NCBI GenBank assembly: GCA_949358305.1
Contig: OX442314.1
Span: 5,580,001 to 5,644,000 of the forward strand
Length of the DNA: 64,000 bases
Direction of reading: 5' to 3'
Source: Strigamia acuminata
Lineage: Eukaryota
Positions 44,739 to 56,189 of this stretch are shown piece after piece. Each line of letters starts with the position of its first letter. Within the stretch, counting starts at the first letter, position 1. A program made the position numbers and the translations under genes. The notes below the pieces were generated by a model. The model saw only the letters and a program-made list of their open reading frames with translations. It searched no databases and had not been told where the DNA came from.

Positions 44739-47700
44739 CAGCCGCGGAAATTAAAAAGAAGAAATATCACACTGGACCCGCAGGTCATGCCTTGGCAGAA
44801 GCACAAATCAAAGATCGCATGCAAACAGTTCCGAAGAAGGAAGAAAAAGTGACGCTGACGAGTATGCAAGTGAGAACGAAGCCGGACGTCGACATGGATT
44901 GGACGGACCTTCCGTTCAATCTGGAGGTCGAACCTCAGAAGCTACGAGTATTTCACTGCAACGTCACGAAAACGCATTGTGAGACTCTGTGTATGCTGCC
45001 AGTGGAGATAGAAAACCAAAAATTGTTCGGTCTGCTGGATTCAGGAGCGGATCGTTCATTCATATCCGAAGATATAGTAAAGGACTTGGATATTGGAAAA
45101 AAAGTGGCACAAGTGAACGCGAACGTAGAATTACTCACCGCCAACGGCTACGTCAAGCCGAAGGGCGTAGTTCGCATCATGATCGACTGGAAAGGGGGGA
45201 ACCTGTCCCATCCCTTCATAGTCTTGCCATCCCACGACAAAGTATTCCTCCTAGGGATGGATATCATGGCAAAACTGAAGATTCAGCCAAACCCGATAAC
45301 CCGTTCATGGAACTGGATAAGTCCCGAGGGAGAACGGCCAGTCCCAGTAGTTCCCCAAAAATTACTGGACGAAGCCAAGGACAAAGAGGAATATGGACGA
45401 GGATTGCGAAAATTCGTCCAAGATTACGATTTCGCAGCCTTCACTCTGGAATTACAGAGGAGTAACGTCGTGGACACACTGGTCGAGGAGGCAGCACTGC
45501 GCGTTAACGAGGCATCGCTACTAAGGCGAGTGCTTCGAAAACATGAAAGGATTCTGACCAAGACACCTGGTCGAACGACAGAAGCAACCCACGAAATAGT
45601 CTTAACCACAGACAAGCCGATTCGAGTGCCTTACAAGGGGATGAACCCCCAGAAAAGAGACATTGTGACGCAAATGTGCCAAGACATGCTCGACAAGGGC
45701 ATAGTAACTCAAGCGCTGGGCGAATACGCGATGCGGATCGTCCTGGTAATGCGTCCAGGCTCGGAACCTCGACTATGCATTGATTATCGTCCCCTGAATG
45801 CGATAACAGTTATAGACCCGATTCAGATGCCGTCTATAGACTCGATTCTCCGGGAGCTGAGCCCATTCAAGTGGGTAACCACCATGGACCTGTCAAAGGG
45901 GTATTGGCAAGTGGAGCTCAAACCCGAAGACAAACTGAAAACGGCTTTCTACTCCCCGATAGGAAGATTAATGTTCAACGTGATGCCGTTCGGGCTTGTA
46001 AACGCCCCGAGCACGTTCCAGAAGTTAATCGAAAGCGTGTTGGGAGATATGCTTCACGACTTCGTGTGGGCGTATCTCGACGACATCATAATAACGTCGG
46101 ACACATTCGAAGAGCATATAGACCACATCGATAGAGTGGTCTCTCGCCTAGCCAAGGCGGGACTCCACATCCATCCAGGGAAGAGCAAGTTTTGCAGAAA
46201 AGAGCTTGCCTTCCTAGGATATCAAATAGGAGTCGAGGGAATCGCGATTGACCCCGAAAAGGTCAAAGCAATAAACGGATTCCCCGCCCCCGAAGATATA
46301 AAAGGTGTCCAGAGATTTATGGGCATGGTCAATTTCTTCGGCCGACTACTCGCTGGTCTGGCTGAGGTGGCCGCGCCTATAACGGATCTCTTACGAACGG
46401 ATAAAGAGTTTGAGTGGACGGTCCAGTGCGAGGCCGCATTTAGCACCATCAAGCAAATGCTGGCTGACGTCGAAAAGATGCCATTGCCGGACCTAAACCG
46501 ACCGTTCGTGTTGCACACCGACGCGAGTAAAATCGGACTGGGTGCAGCCCTTCTGCAGACCCACGTGTACAACGGAATCTCGCAGGAAGTACCCTGTATG
46601 TTTATAAGCAGAAAAATACAGGGCGCAGAAAAAAATTACACGGCAACGGAACTGGAATGCCTAGCCGTAATTTGGGCAGTTCGGAAATTTCGCGACTATC
46701 TGGAGTACACGAACTTCGAGGTTCAGACAGATCACCAAGCACTAAGCTGGTTGATGAAGCTCAAGGAACCTTCCGGCCGACTCGCACGATGGCAACTGGA
46801 GTTAATGGCGTGCGATATAACAATTACGTACCGCCCCGGGAAGTACAATCATGTGGCCGACGCCCTCTCAAGAGCCCCAGCCTCTGACCCCCAAGGTCCA
46901 GACGACGACGGCGAGGACGACACCCACCTCTTGTACTGCCCGACTCCACGAAGAATATGGCGTTTGCGGAAGGCGAACGAGCTACCAGTGATGGAGCCCG
47001 AAGATAGAACGTTTTGTGGTTTTTGGACTCGAACATACCAGCCAGCTGGGACGAACGATTCAACACCCGAAATTCAACCTCCACCCCCCGGAGAAACCCA
47101 CAAAACACTACTACGCGCCTTCACAGCAAAAATTGAAGAAAAAACGCAATACGCTCCACCCACAAGACGTGAGTTCGTCGAACACCAGGCAGCCGACAGA
47201 AAATGTCAAATTATAACGCAATATTTGCTAAACGGCGATTTTCCGGAAGGGATGACAAACCCACACCGCCGAAAGCAGTTCGCCAAAGAGGCAACGAGCT
47301 ACCTCATAGACGATGAACTCCTGGTAAAATACCACCCGACGTTTCAAGACGACCTCAGCGGAGCGGGAAACTCGGTTAAGGTGGTCGTACCGGCATCGCT
47401 GCACACCCGACTGTTGTGGCTGATGCACGGACACCCGCTCGCCAGCCATTCCGGCGTGGCGAGGACCCTTTATCGAGTAAAACAACTTTTCTTCTGGCCG
47501 GGCGCGCGGCAAAAGATAACGAAATTTATCCGACACTGCCCCCGGTGCCAAGCGTGCAGACCGCGAGATAAAGTGGCCAGAAACGCCATGTCTCTCGGAC
47601 CCTACGCACCGTTTGACTGCTTAAGCATAGACTTGATGGGCCCCAAGCCCACAACGGGAAACAGGAACATGTATATTCTCGTAATTATGGACGTGGCCAC

Positions 47701-48823
47701 CCGATGGCCGGAGCTGTACGCCCTCGTGAAGCCCTCGGCTGAAAACATAGTCGAGTGCCTTTACGACGTGGCAATGCGATTTGGGTTTCCCAGAAAACTC
47801 ATTTCGGATAACGGCCCCCAATTCCGATCAAGAATATATAAGGACTTCTGTAGAAAATTTAGAATGGATGCATCGAACACCTCCACGTATAATCCTCAGA
47901 CAAATCCAGTCGAGAGATTAAATAAAGACATAAAATATGCGCTGACAGTATTCACCGATATTCACAATCGATGGGACGAATACCTGCGAGAAATCGCTTT
48001 CAGCATTCGCTCAACCGTGTCAAGAACACGCGAATTCTCACCGGCGTACCTAAACTTCGCCCGCGAATTAAGGATGCCATGGGACCCACGCGTTGCCGAA
48101 GCTGTTAACGTATTAGACCCATCGAGCCCACATGAGTACGTGTGCCGGTTGGAACAGACTATATCCGACACATACCAGCACATGATGGCGCATATTTTCA
48201 ACATGAGAGAGCGAATCGCAGATAAAGAAGGCGACCTCGCTTTCGCGAACTTTAAAGTGAACGATCTAGTGTGGAAGGAGGCACACACGTTGTCCAATGC
48301 AGCGAGGGGCATCGCCGCCGGTTTAGCCGACAAGAGGGACGGTCCCTATGTAATTGTGGCCGAACACGGCGGCAACGCATACCAACTACGCCGCTTAGAG
48401 GACAACAAAAATTTTCAGTCGATACATGGCCGAGATTTAAGGCCATATCTGCCAGAGTTTCCCCAAGAAATCTGGCTGGAAGGTCAGACACACAGCGGCC
48501 AAGGGGGCACCGTGGTCGACACGTTCCAAAAAGCAAATGTAGCTGCAAATATAGCGGAGGACGAGGACGAATTCTTCGACGCCGAATCCCCAGCCGACAA
48601 GGCTCCAGCTCAGCCGGAGCAAGCAATTTCGGAGAGGGAGGAAGCAGAAGAATGTACTTCTGAAATGGAAAATAAAAAAATTAATAACGAGAAAAACGCC
48701 AACACATCGGAGATGAACGAGCAAGTAGAGTCACGATCTACGAGCACGTCGAAAATCAACCTTCGACCACGACGAAGCAATAATCCGTTCATTCGGGACG
48801 GCAAAGTCGTGGGGAAGAACTAA
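44690..48823 (+). CDS. pol: Gypsy pol (PR-RT-RNaseH-IN), copy 1
   Basis: LLDSGA, RLCIDYR, YLDD, TDAS, ADALSR, HHCC, IDLMGP/SDNG/VER, GPY. Confidence 0.95.
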   Translation, partial: KLPSAGVAEINSASSAPAAEIKKKKYHTGPAGHALAEAQIKDRMQTVPKKEEKVTLTSMQVRTKPDVDMDWTDLPFNLEVEPQKLRVFHCNVTKTHCETLCMLPVEIENQKLFGLLDSGADRSFISEDIVKDLDIGKKVAQVNANVELLTANGYVKPKGVVRIMIDWKGGNLSHPFIVLPSHDKVFLLGMDIMAKLKIQPNPITRSWNWISPEGERPVPVVPQKLLDEAKDKEEYGRGLRKFVQDYDFAAFTLELQRSNVVDTLVEEAALRVNEASLLRRVLRKHERILTKTPGRTTEATHEIVLTTDKPIRVPYKGMNPQKRDIVTQMCQDMLDKGIVTQALGEYAMRIVLVMRPGSEPRLCIDYRPLNAITVIDPIQMPSIDSILRELSPFKWVTTMDLSKGYWQVELKPEDKLKTAFYSPIGRLMFNVMPFGLVNAPSTFQKLIESVLGDMLHDFVWAYLDDIIITSDTFEEHIDHIDRVVSRLAKAGLHIHPGKSKFCRKELAFLGYQIGVEGIAIDPEKVKAINGFPAPEDIKGVQRFMGMVNFFGRLLAGLAEVAAPITDLLRTDKEFEWTVQCEAAFSTIKQMLADVEKMPLPDLNRPFVLHTDASKIGLGAALLQTHVYNGISQEVPCMFISRKIQGAEKNYTATELECLAVIWAVRKFRDYLEYTNFEVQTDHQALSWLMKLKEPSGRLARWQLELMACDITITYRPGKYNHVADALSRAPASDPQGPDDDGEDDTHLLYCPTPRRIWRLRKANELPVMEPEDRTFCGFWTRTYQPAGTNDSTPEIQPPPPGETHKTLLRAFTAKIEEKTQYAPPTRREFVEHQAADRKCQIITQYLLNGDFPEGMTNPHRRKQFAKEATSYLIDDELLVKYHPTFQDDLSGAGNSVKVVVPASLHTRLLWLMHGHPLASHSGVARTLYRVKQLFFWPGARQKITKFIRHCPRCQACRPRDKVARNAMSLGPYAPFDCLSIDLMGPKPTTGNRNMYILVIMDVATRWPELYALVKPSAENIVECLYDVAMRFGFPRKLISDNGPQFRSRIYKDFCRKFRMDASNTSTYNPQTNPVERLNKDIKYALTVFTDIHNRWDEYLREIAFSIRSTVSRTREFSPAYLNFARELRMPWDPRVAEAVNVLDPSSPHEYVCRLEQTISDTYQHMMAHIFNMRERIADKEGDLAFANFKVNDLVWKEAHTLSNAARGIAAGLADKRDGPYVIVAEHGGNAYQLRRLEDNKNFQSIHGRDLRPYLPEFPQEIWLEGQTHSGQGGTVVDTFQKANVAANIAEDEDEFFDAESPADKAPAQPEQAISEREEAEECTSEMENKKINNEKNANTSEMNEQVESRSTSTSKINLRPRRSNNPFIRDGKVVGKN

Positions 48824-49199
48824 AAATAAAAGAAAATGTGATAACATGGAGCGGAGGCCTTGTAAAATAAAAAGATTTACTTACGAGAGCTGCTGCACAT
48901 GTTGAGACGCGAAAATTTGGCTAAGTCCAAACTTCGCAACGAATTGTCGCAGTCACCACTAACAGACGAGAAGTTATGACGTATCGGGCGACCACGTGAC
49001 AATAAAACCACGCGGTCGACCCCGTAGCGTCATTGCCAGCACGGCGGATCTCGCAAAGTACGAGACGCGTTCGAGACCCACAATTCTCAGCGTCGATAGG
49101 CCCAGTTTCCGACTGTTTTTAACACGACGAGACGCGTTTTTTGCTTCTCCCCAAAGAGAAAACAAAGACCTCTCAAAAACTTCATTTTCCTAAATTGAA

Positions 49200-52100
49200 A
49201 TGGCCGATCGACGCAACCCACGATTAGAGCCGAGCGCATCGTCGAGAGACGAGAGCGACGGCCTAATCGTAAACGCTGAAGAAGATGAGAATTGGGACGA
49301 ACAACCGCCGTTGCAGGTAAATTAGTGTGATTTCCCCAGAGAAATCACATAATTCTTTGAATCTGTTGCATCCAACCCAGATTGGAGCGTGACCTGTGAC
49401 TGATATATTTCTTTCTGTTTTATTATTGATTTAAGGCTGGCTAAAAACCCGAGAGTGGACCCAGATTCACCTCGGAGTCAAGGCCGCCAAAAAACTAGAA
49501 CAAAGGAAGTGTTCGCGGAATGGCGTCGCGGCAAACCAAAACCAAAACTAAAGGTTTTCTTTCTTTTAAATTTAAACATCGTAATAAATTAAAATACGAT
49601 TAGAGTTAAAATAAAAAAGTTTAACGTAAAATTAAGATTTTAACGATCGGTTCTGCCTGCGACCCCTTCCTAAAAGCGGATCACCTGAGTTCAAAAGTAG
49701 TGTTGGATCAGCGCTACAACGGCGGAGATCATCGCAGAACTGCGAAACAAGAAAATAAGACCGACGGCCGCAACAAAAGAAAGGAGTTGCTGCCACCGTC
49801 GATCTTGAGCATATTTCTGATCCCCATCGTTAACTGGGATTTATTATATTAATCTTGTGATCTAAAATTATTCAGGTCGACCCGCTAGAATCGTGGGACG
49901 CCCTGCCGTCGACGGCGTCAACCGCCAACAACATCTTTCGCGGAGCCCTGCCGATTTACCTGCGGCAGGCCTATCCTGCGGAGACCAGCGCCTGGAAAAT
50001 TCGATTGATGTATTCCAGGACCCTCGAAGAAAAATTCGAGCGATCAAAAACGCTGGTCGAGTGCATGACGAAGGAGATGAGGGAGCGAGTGGGGCCGCGG
50101 ATCCCACACGATTCGGATCCGCCGAGCCCCGTTTACTCCGGGTATCTGGAAGAGGCTTACCCAGGCACGGTGGCCGAGCTGCACACCTCCCACAGGTGGC
50201 GCGAGGCCCCGACCTTGGCAGCCCGCCAGAGAATAGTGGACGACGAGATCGAACGCTTAAAGCGCACCGAGACTCACGGAGTAACCCGAGTTCTCGAGAG
50301 AAACGGTTTCTCCCCCGAAGAAATCCGTAGATGGCTTCGCGACATCGAAGAAGACCATTTGACGCCCAGATGGATACCTCCGGCGAATTTTACGGCCACA
50401 CAGTCTGAGATGTGGCAGTTATACCACGCTGGTATCCTGGGAAGTCGCCGCCATCACAGAAGATCGAAGCGTCCGGCGGAGTCCGCCCCACGCGGACCCG
50501 CACGAAGAAGACAGGCCGTCTCCCCAATAGAGGCCGGCCCGTCAACGAGTCGCGACTACCGCAGCCGCTCGAGCAGCTCCAGTTCCCGAACTCGAGTTGT
50601 CGTGCGCTCGGAGTGTCGCCGAGTAGTAACGCTCGAGCCTGCCTCGCCAGACGACGCGCGGGCTGAGCGAACAGTCGAAACTTCCGCCCACTGGGCTGCG
50701 AGGACCGAGACACACCAAGATCGAGGAAAGAAAAGATCCTCGTTGTTCATGGCGATTACCACACAGTCGTCAGATCAATCCTCGTCGCGACGAACCGTCT
50801 CATCACACCAGAGACCGAATTCTCCGACGGACGTCCCCCAGAGGACGGCCCAACGAAGATCCGTCGCAGCCAGCACCCGGAGGAATCGGAAGCGCAAAGT
50901 ACGTCAGAAGTTGCGAGCACAATCCCTGATAGCTAAGGGATTAGAGAAGGAGCGAGAGATGGCCGCCGCAAAAAGGTCCGAACCCCAGAGTCTCGGACCC
51001 ACGGCTGGACCGTCCAGGCGCCAAGCAGAGATTGATTTGGGAGAGTTGACGGAAGAGCAAATGTCCCCAGATGAGTCGGACAAAGATGGGCCGGTTACAA
51101 AACAGGATCTGGCCGTAGCATTGAAGAACGCCTTCCGAGGATACGCGGCCAACCGGCCGTCGGGCTCAACACCGGCTGTGCCAACCGCGCTTGTGCCCCC
51201 ACAAGTGCAATCGCGATGGCCGCCACTCCTCGAGGGTACAAACCCAGCCGTGACCGCGTGGACCCCTCCCCGGATGATTCCGGTGGGAGATCCAGCTCCG
51301 AAACGGGTCAGATACGATAATCTACCCGGGCTGGGCCGTCCACCGTCACCCCCAACGCCACGAGTGTGTCGACCTTATCGCAACGCCGAATGGTACGCAC
51401 AGCGAGAGATGGACGCTCGATGCCGGCGTGAAGCGGCCTATCCTCCACTCGGCGAGCTACAGGAATACCTGGCCGAATACGAGAACCCCGCGATTGCCGA
51501 GTTGGCCATACGACAGGCCGACGCCGCCCAGACTCACCACATCAATTGGGCGATCGAACAGATGCGGACGCTGTCACAACAATTCAGTGACAATCCGGAC
51601 CGCGCTCACCCCTGCCATCGGAGCAGCTTGAATTTGGCCGTGACGAACGTCATGGCCCAGCTGTTGTCCCTGGGCGTCTTCTTGGACAGTCGGCAGGCTA
51701 TGGCAGCCTGGACAATTGTCGACCGTGAGGGAGTTCACCTTCCTCGGGCGTTGTACCAGGTATGGGCCGGATGGACTCCTGAGCCCGCCTCGCTACGCTT
51801 CGACCTGGCCCGGAATACGGAGAACCCCGGCTTGCAGTTTTCGAAGATGCGTTCGTTAGCATTCCGCTACCGGAACCCCGGAGTCCACCCTTCCTTGTTG
51901 CGAACAATTCGGGAGGTTCCGGAGATACTAGGAACGGCAGCGAGCCTCCCACAGGCCATCGAGACCGCCCCCCCAGAGGCGGCGGTCCAACCATACATAC
52001 CGACCCCAAAGCCGGTATTCCCGAAGGAGAAGCGGTACGCGAATCGACCCAAATTGATTCCGAAGCGCTCCAACCGAGGACCGCGAACTCCTCCGCTGCC

Positions 52101-52662
52101 CTCTCCTTCGCCACCAGCGGCAGAGCTGGCCGCTCTTGCAACAGAGCCGGCTACGCCACCGTTGGAGAGTCCAATGGAGATTCCACTTCCTCCATCGCCT
52201 CCGCCGCCCCCAGCAGCGCAGCTTTATTTGAGGCTGGGAGTGGAATACCCCTTCCTTCAGATGTCGGAGTTCACGCGACAACGCATCATTGACTCCGATG
52301 ATCACGGCGAGTCGATCCTCAAATGGCTGACCAGAGAGGCCCGATCTACCATGGACGCCGTCTTCCATCGTCGAATCTTGCGAGCCCACCGGAAACCCGG
52401 ATCGAGCGCCGAGTCGCGAAGGATCCGGCTCGTTCCCGACCGATTCCCGGCATCCACCCGGATTTGGATCCACGAACGTACGGGGCTGATTGGCGAGCCG
52501 GTCGGCGGTCACCCGCAGTACTTCATCAACGAGCGACAGAATCCTGCGGATCTGACAACCTCTCTGCCCCCGGATTTACCACCGCCGCCCCCGGCAGTGC
52601 CACCAGTGATCCTCCGCCCATGCAGAGGAGTGCTGCCGGCTCTTCGCAGAGGAGAGCGATAA
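49200..52662 (+). CDS. Gypsy accessory ORF3, probably spliced (49200-49316 + 49876-52662, ~967 aa), function unknown
   Basis: 885-aa ORF intact in both element copies; frame open upstream to acceptor TTCAG| at 49875; upstream ATG exon ends CAG|GTAAAT in phase 0. Confidence 0.75.
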
Positions 52663-53673
52663 AATTGAGATCGCTCCGATCCGAGATCGAAGCTGGAGGA
52701 GGGACGTGTGGTGACCCAGTTGGATAAGTGTCCCCCCAGAGCGGATACTTGTCCTCTGAGTCACTGTGATTGAAGAGTCGTTCCCCCCCGAGTTGGCTCC
52801 ACCTCCCCATGGCAGGTGTGTGCCCCGAGGGGGAGGAAGCGGCTGGTGGTCAGCCCCCATTGGTTGATCGCCGGCCCTTCACCCCACTGCATAAAAAGCT
52901 GTGTTTCCCGCCTAAAGTCAGAACTTACACAAACGACACCAAGAACACAGCAACTACCTCACCGTCAGGCCAACTTCAACTACAAGTTAGGATTGATCGA
53001 GGATCGCTGAGTAAAGTGCAAACTGTAACTCTCACGAAGTCACTTGCGAGCTATTCCTGCGAAAGCACGAGAATAGCCCTTGTGAAATCACCCAGAATAA
53101 TCGCCCAGACGATTATTCGCCGAAGTAAGTGTCCGAGCGCTTTGTAGGGAACCCCAAAGTTCCTAGACGAGGCCTCTGCGACGCTAAACCAAACCCTAGA
53201 CAACAGGCACGGATAGAAGACTCGAGAGAGCATTCCACCGCGTCCGTGAAGACGAATCCGTGACGAATTAACGACAACTCGAGACGCCGCCTTTGTTCCG
53301 CCGACCACGCGGAATCGACGACGCCATCTTGAGAAATCCTTTGTTCGACGCTGACCACGTCGACTCTAGAATTATTACTGAGTGTATTTTAAAGGCATAA
53401 AGCCTGGTGAATAAATTAACTGTTTATTTACATACATTTGGTATTCATTTGGGTATTTGCATAATTGATCACAGGTAAAGTATTACACGTTAGCGCTATT
53501 TAAACCTATACAAAGTAGGACGCGACAAGCGTCTAGCAAATCATTTGACCGGAAATTATTAACAGCAAATATTAAAAAAACTGATGACTCCATATGCCCT
53601 ATAGCTCCGTACCTAGTAGGCTAATCTTACTAAATTATTTGTAATGTATCAGAAAACGCAATTTTTCTTTTTA

Positions 53674-53843
53674 CCGTATTTCTTTGATTAAGAGTCGCAC
53701 TCGAATAGTAGCCGCAGCTACTATTTGAGGAACATAACAGTTTCAGGCAATTTTTCAATAAATTTTAATATTTTTTCAACATATTTTAATATAATGAACG
53801 TTTCTTCGAATAAGAGCCGCGGCTCTTATTTGAAGAAATACGG
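53674..53843. mobile_element. pogo/Tigger-like MITE in paralog B intron 3
   Basis: TA|CCGTATTTCTT...AAGAAATACGG|TA. Confidence 0.7.
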
Positions 53844-54426
53844 TATTTATTTACTTTTTCCCATTTAACTTTTTAATTTATTCATGGTTTCTTATTCGTT
53901 AATTTTTTCTTATTGATTTTATTTTTTCATTTTTTATCTAGTTCTATATGTCATTTTACGATTTTGGAAGAATTCTATACGTAACAACACAAAACCTTGG
54001 TGAAACATTAAAAATAAATTTAGGTTTTGACAAAGTAAATTTTAAATGAAAATTATTGTGTAACATCTTATTTATAACTTATTAAATTTTAGTTCATATT
54101 TCTTAATTCACCTATGAGTTCATGCATCAGTGAAGACGAATACAAACAATGCTATCATGGATGCTTAATGAAAAAATTTAAAAAACATCTGACGTGCAGG
54201 TAAGAATGTTTCATATATAGCAGGGTGTGCAGAAACACAAAGTAAATATTAAGCAGAATCTTTATTCCAACTTGTGTGTCGCCATCTTGATGAAGAACGC
54301 AAAACAACAAGTAAAAGTAACCACACACAGATAGCGCCACAAAAACCCAAAGCCTAAAGAGTTCAGACCAGATATAAAATATAAAAGAGCAATTACTCAA
54401 ATTACAAGTCTATACTCCACACAATA

Positions 54427-54920
54427 AGGGGTTTCAAATGAGTGATTAGTTGATTACTTTGATTACTTTGATTAGTCGATTACTTGATGTGTCATGTGAC
54501 TGGATTCAACCAATCCCGAGAATAATCATTTCGTCAAATAAGCAACTAAGGAACTAATCAAGTAATCACCCCAAACCATGATTTTCTGCTGACTTGGGCC
54601 GATTATAAGTGCTCTCTCAACTGAAACCAACATGGCGGCGCCAGACCCCCTTCAACTACACAAGGTCATAATATAACAAAGTCTGCTCAGTTTAGATTAA
54701 ACTGAACACATGAAACGAGTTAGGTAGTTGCAATTATTATTTGTAGGAACTTTTTTTTAAACAATTGCAATGTATTTAGGTTACAATTTAAACAATTCCG
54801 CCCATCGGAGCAATAATCACATCATCAAATTTTTGTTGGGCCCTCAATAATTGAGTGATTACGATTATTGCAATAAAATAATCAACTAATCACAATAATC
54901 GCTCATTTAATGACACCCCT
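54427..54920. mobile_element. MITE-like element with imperfect TIRs, superfamily uncertain
   Basis: AGGGGTTTCAAATGAG...CTCATTTAATGACACCCCT flanked by TA; subterminal GATTA/TAATC repeats. Confidence 0.45.
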
Positions 54921-56189
54921 TACTATCAATTGCGGCACTGTACACATATATAAATATAAATATCAACAGAATGATAATATACAGAGTGAGTCCAAAGTCT
55001 GGAAATGTTTTTTATTGAAATTGAGTAAAGATATATGTATCAATACAATTAATGTCTTCGAATAGGAAGTTGATGATGGGATATCCAGTTGTGATCTTAA
55101 ATGGGTGATGGGTCGAGGTAGCAACATTCTAAAGCACGGAAGTTGAATTTGCACCAACTGATTTTGGGGTTGTCGGCAATATATGTTAAGGCGCGACGTC
55201 GGAATTACTCTTGCTTCCCCAATGAATAATTGCGGCATTTCAATTTAGGGTCGTTGCGGTATTACGTGTCGCGGAACGATTGTATAACCTGACGCAACAC
55301 GTCTGTATGACGTGATGTGACAGTTTGTCGCGTCCTACTTGGTATAGGTTTAAATAGCGCTAACGTGTAATACTTTACCTGTGATCAATTATGTAAATAC
55401 CCAAATGAATACCAAATGTATGTAAATAAACAGGTAATTTATTCACCAGGCTTTATGCCTTTAAAATACACTCAGTAATAATTCTAGAGTCGACGTGGTC
55501 AGCGTCGAACAAAGGATTTCTCAAGATGGCGTCGTCGATTCCGCGTGGTCGGCGGAACAAAGGCGGCGTCTCGAGTTGTCGTCAATTCGTCACGGATTCG
55601 TCTTCACGGACGCGGTGGAATGCTCTTTCGAGTCTTCTATCCGTGCCTGTTGTCTAGGGTTTGTTTAGCGTCGCAGAGGCCTCGTCTAGGAACTTTGGGG
55701 TTCCCTACAAAGCACTCGGACACTTACTTCGGCGAATAATCGTCTGGGCGATTATTCTGGGTGATTTCACAAGGGCTATTCTCGTGCTTTCGCAGGAATA
55801 GCTCGCAAGTGACTTCGTGAGAGTTACAGTTTGCACTTTACTCAGCGATCCTCGATCAATCCTAACTTGTAGTTGAAGTTGGCCTGACGGTGAGGTAGTT
55901 GCTGTGTTCTTGGTGTCGTTTGTGTAAGTTCTGACTTTAGGCGGGAAACACAGCCTTTTATGCAGTGGGGTGAAGGGCCGGCGATCAACCAATGGGGGCT
56001 GACCATCAGCCGCTTCCTCCCCCTCGGGGCACACACCTGCCATGGGGAGGTGGAGCCAACTCGGGGGGGAACGACTCTTCAATCACAGTGACTCAGAGGA
56101 CAAGCATCCGCCCTGGGGGGACACTTATCCAACTGGGTCACCACACGTCCCTCCTCCAGCTTCGATCTCGGATCGGAGCGATCTCAATT

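Larger units (their letters stand above)
34307..53527 (+). mobile_element. Gypsy LTR retrotransposon copy 1 (gag, pol, spliced ORF3) with nested BEL/Pao
   Basis: 821-bp LTRs 34307-35127 and 52707-53527 (one difference seen, 34497/52897); TSD AGCG; tRNA-Pro-like PBS TGGGGGTCTGTCCGGGAT 35130-35147; PPT ~52696-52704. Confidence 0.95.
33634..54199 (+). pseudogene. DEG/ENaC paralog B (exons 1-5 visible; exon 3 interrupted by Gypsy; remainder presumably beyond the window)
   Basis: Exons 33634-34110, 34163-34235, 34299-34306 + 53532-53615, 53942-54034, 54093-54199. Phases match gene A exons 1-5, lengths match for exons 2-5, and the proteins are highly similar. Confidence 0.85.

Noticed and set aside
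49638..49852. Possible additional ORF3 exon (ILTIGSACDPFL...)
   Set aside because: A 1-nt indel between the two Gypsy copies breaks the frame, and it ends in a stop; treated as intronic.
50005..52662. ORF3 as envelope glycoprotein
   Set aside because: No signal peptide, TM anchor or Cys-rich ectodomain visible.
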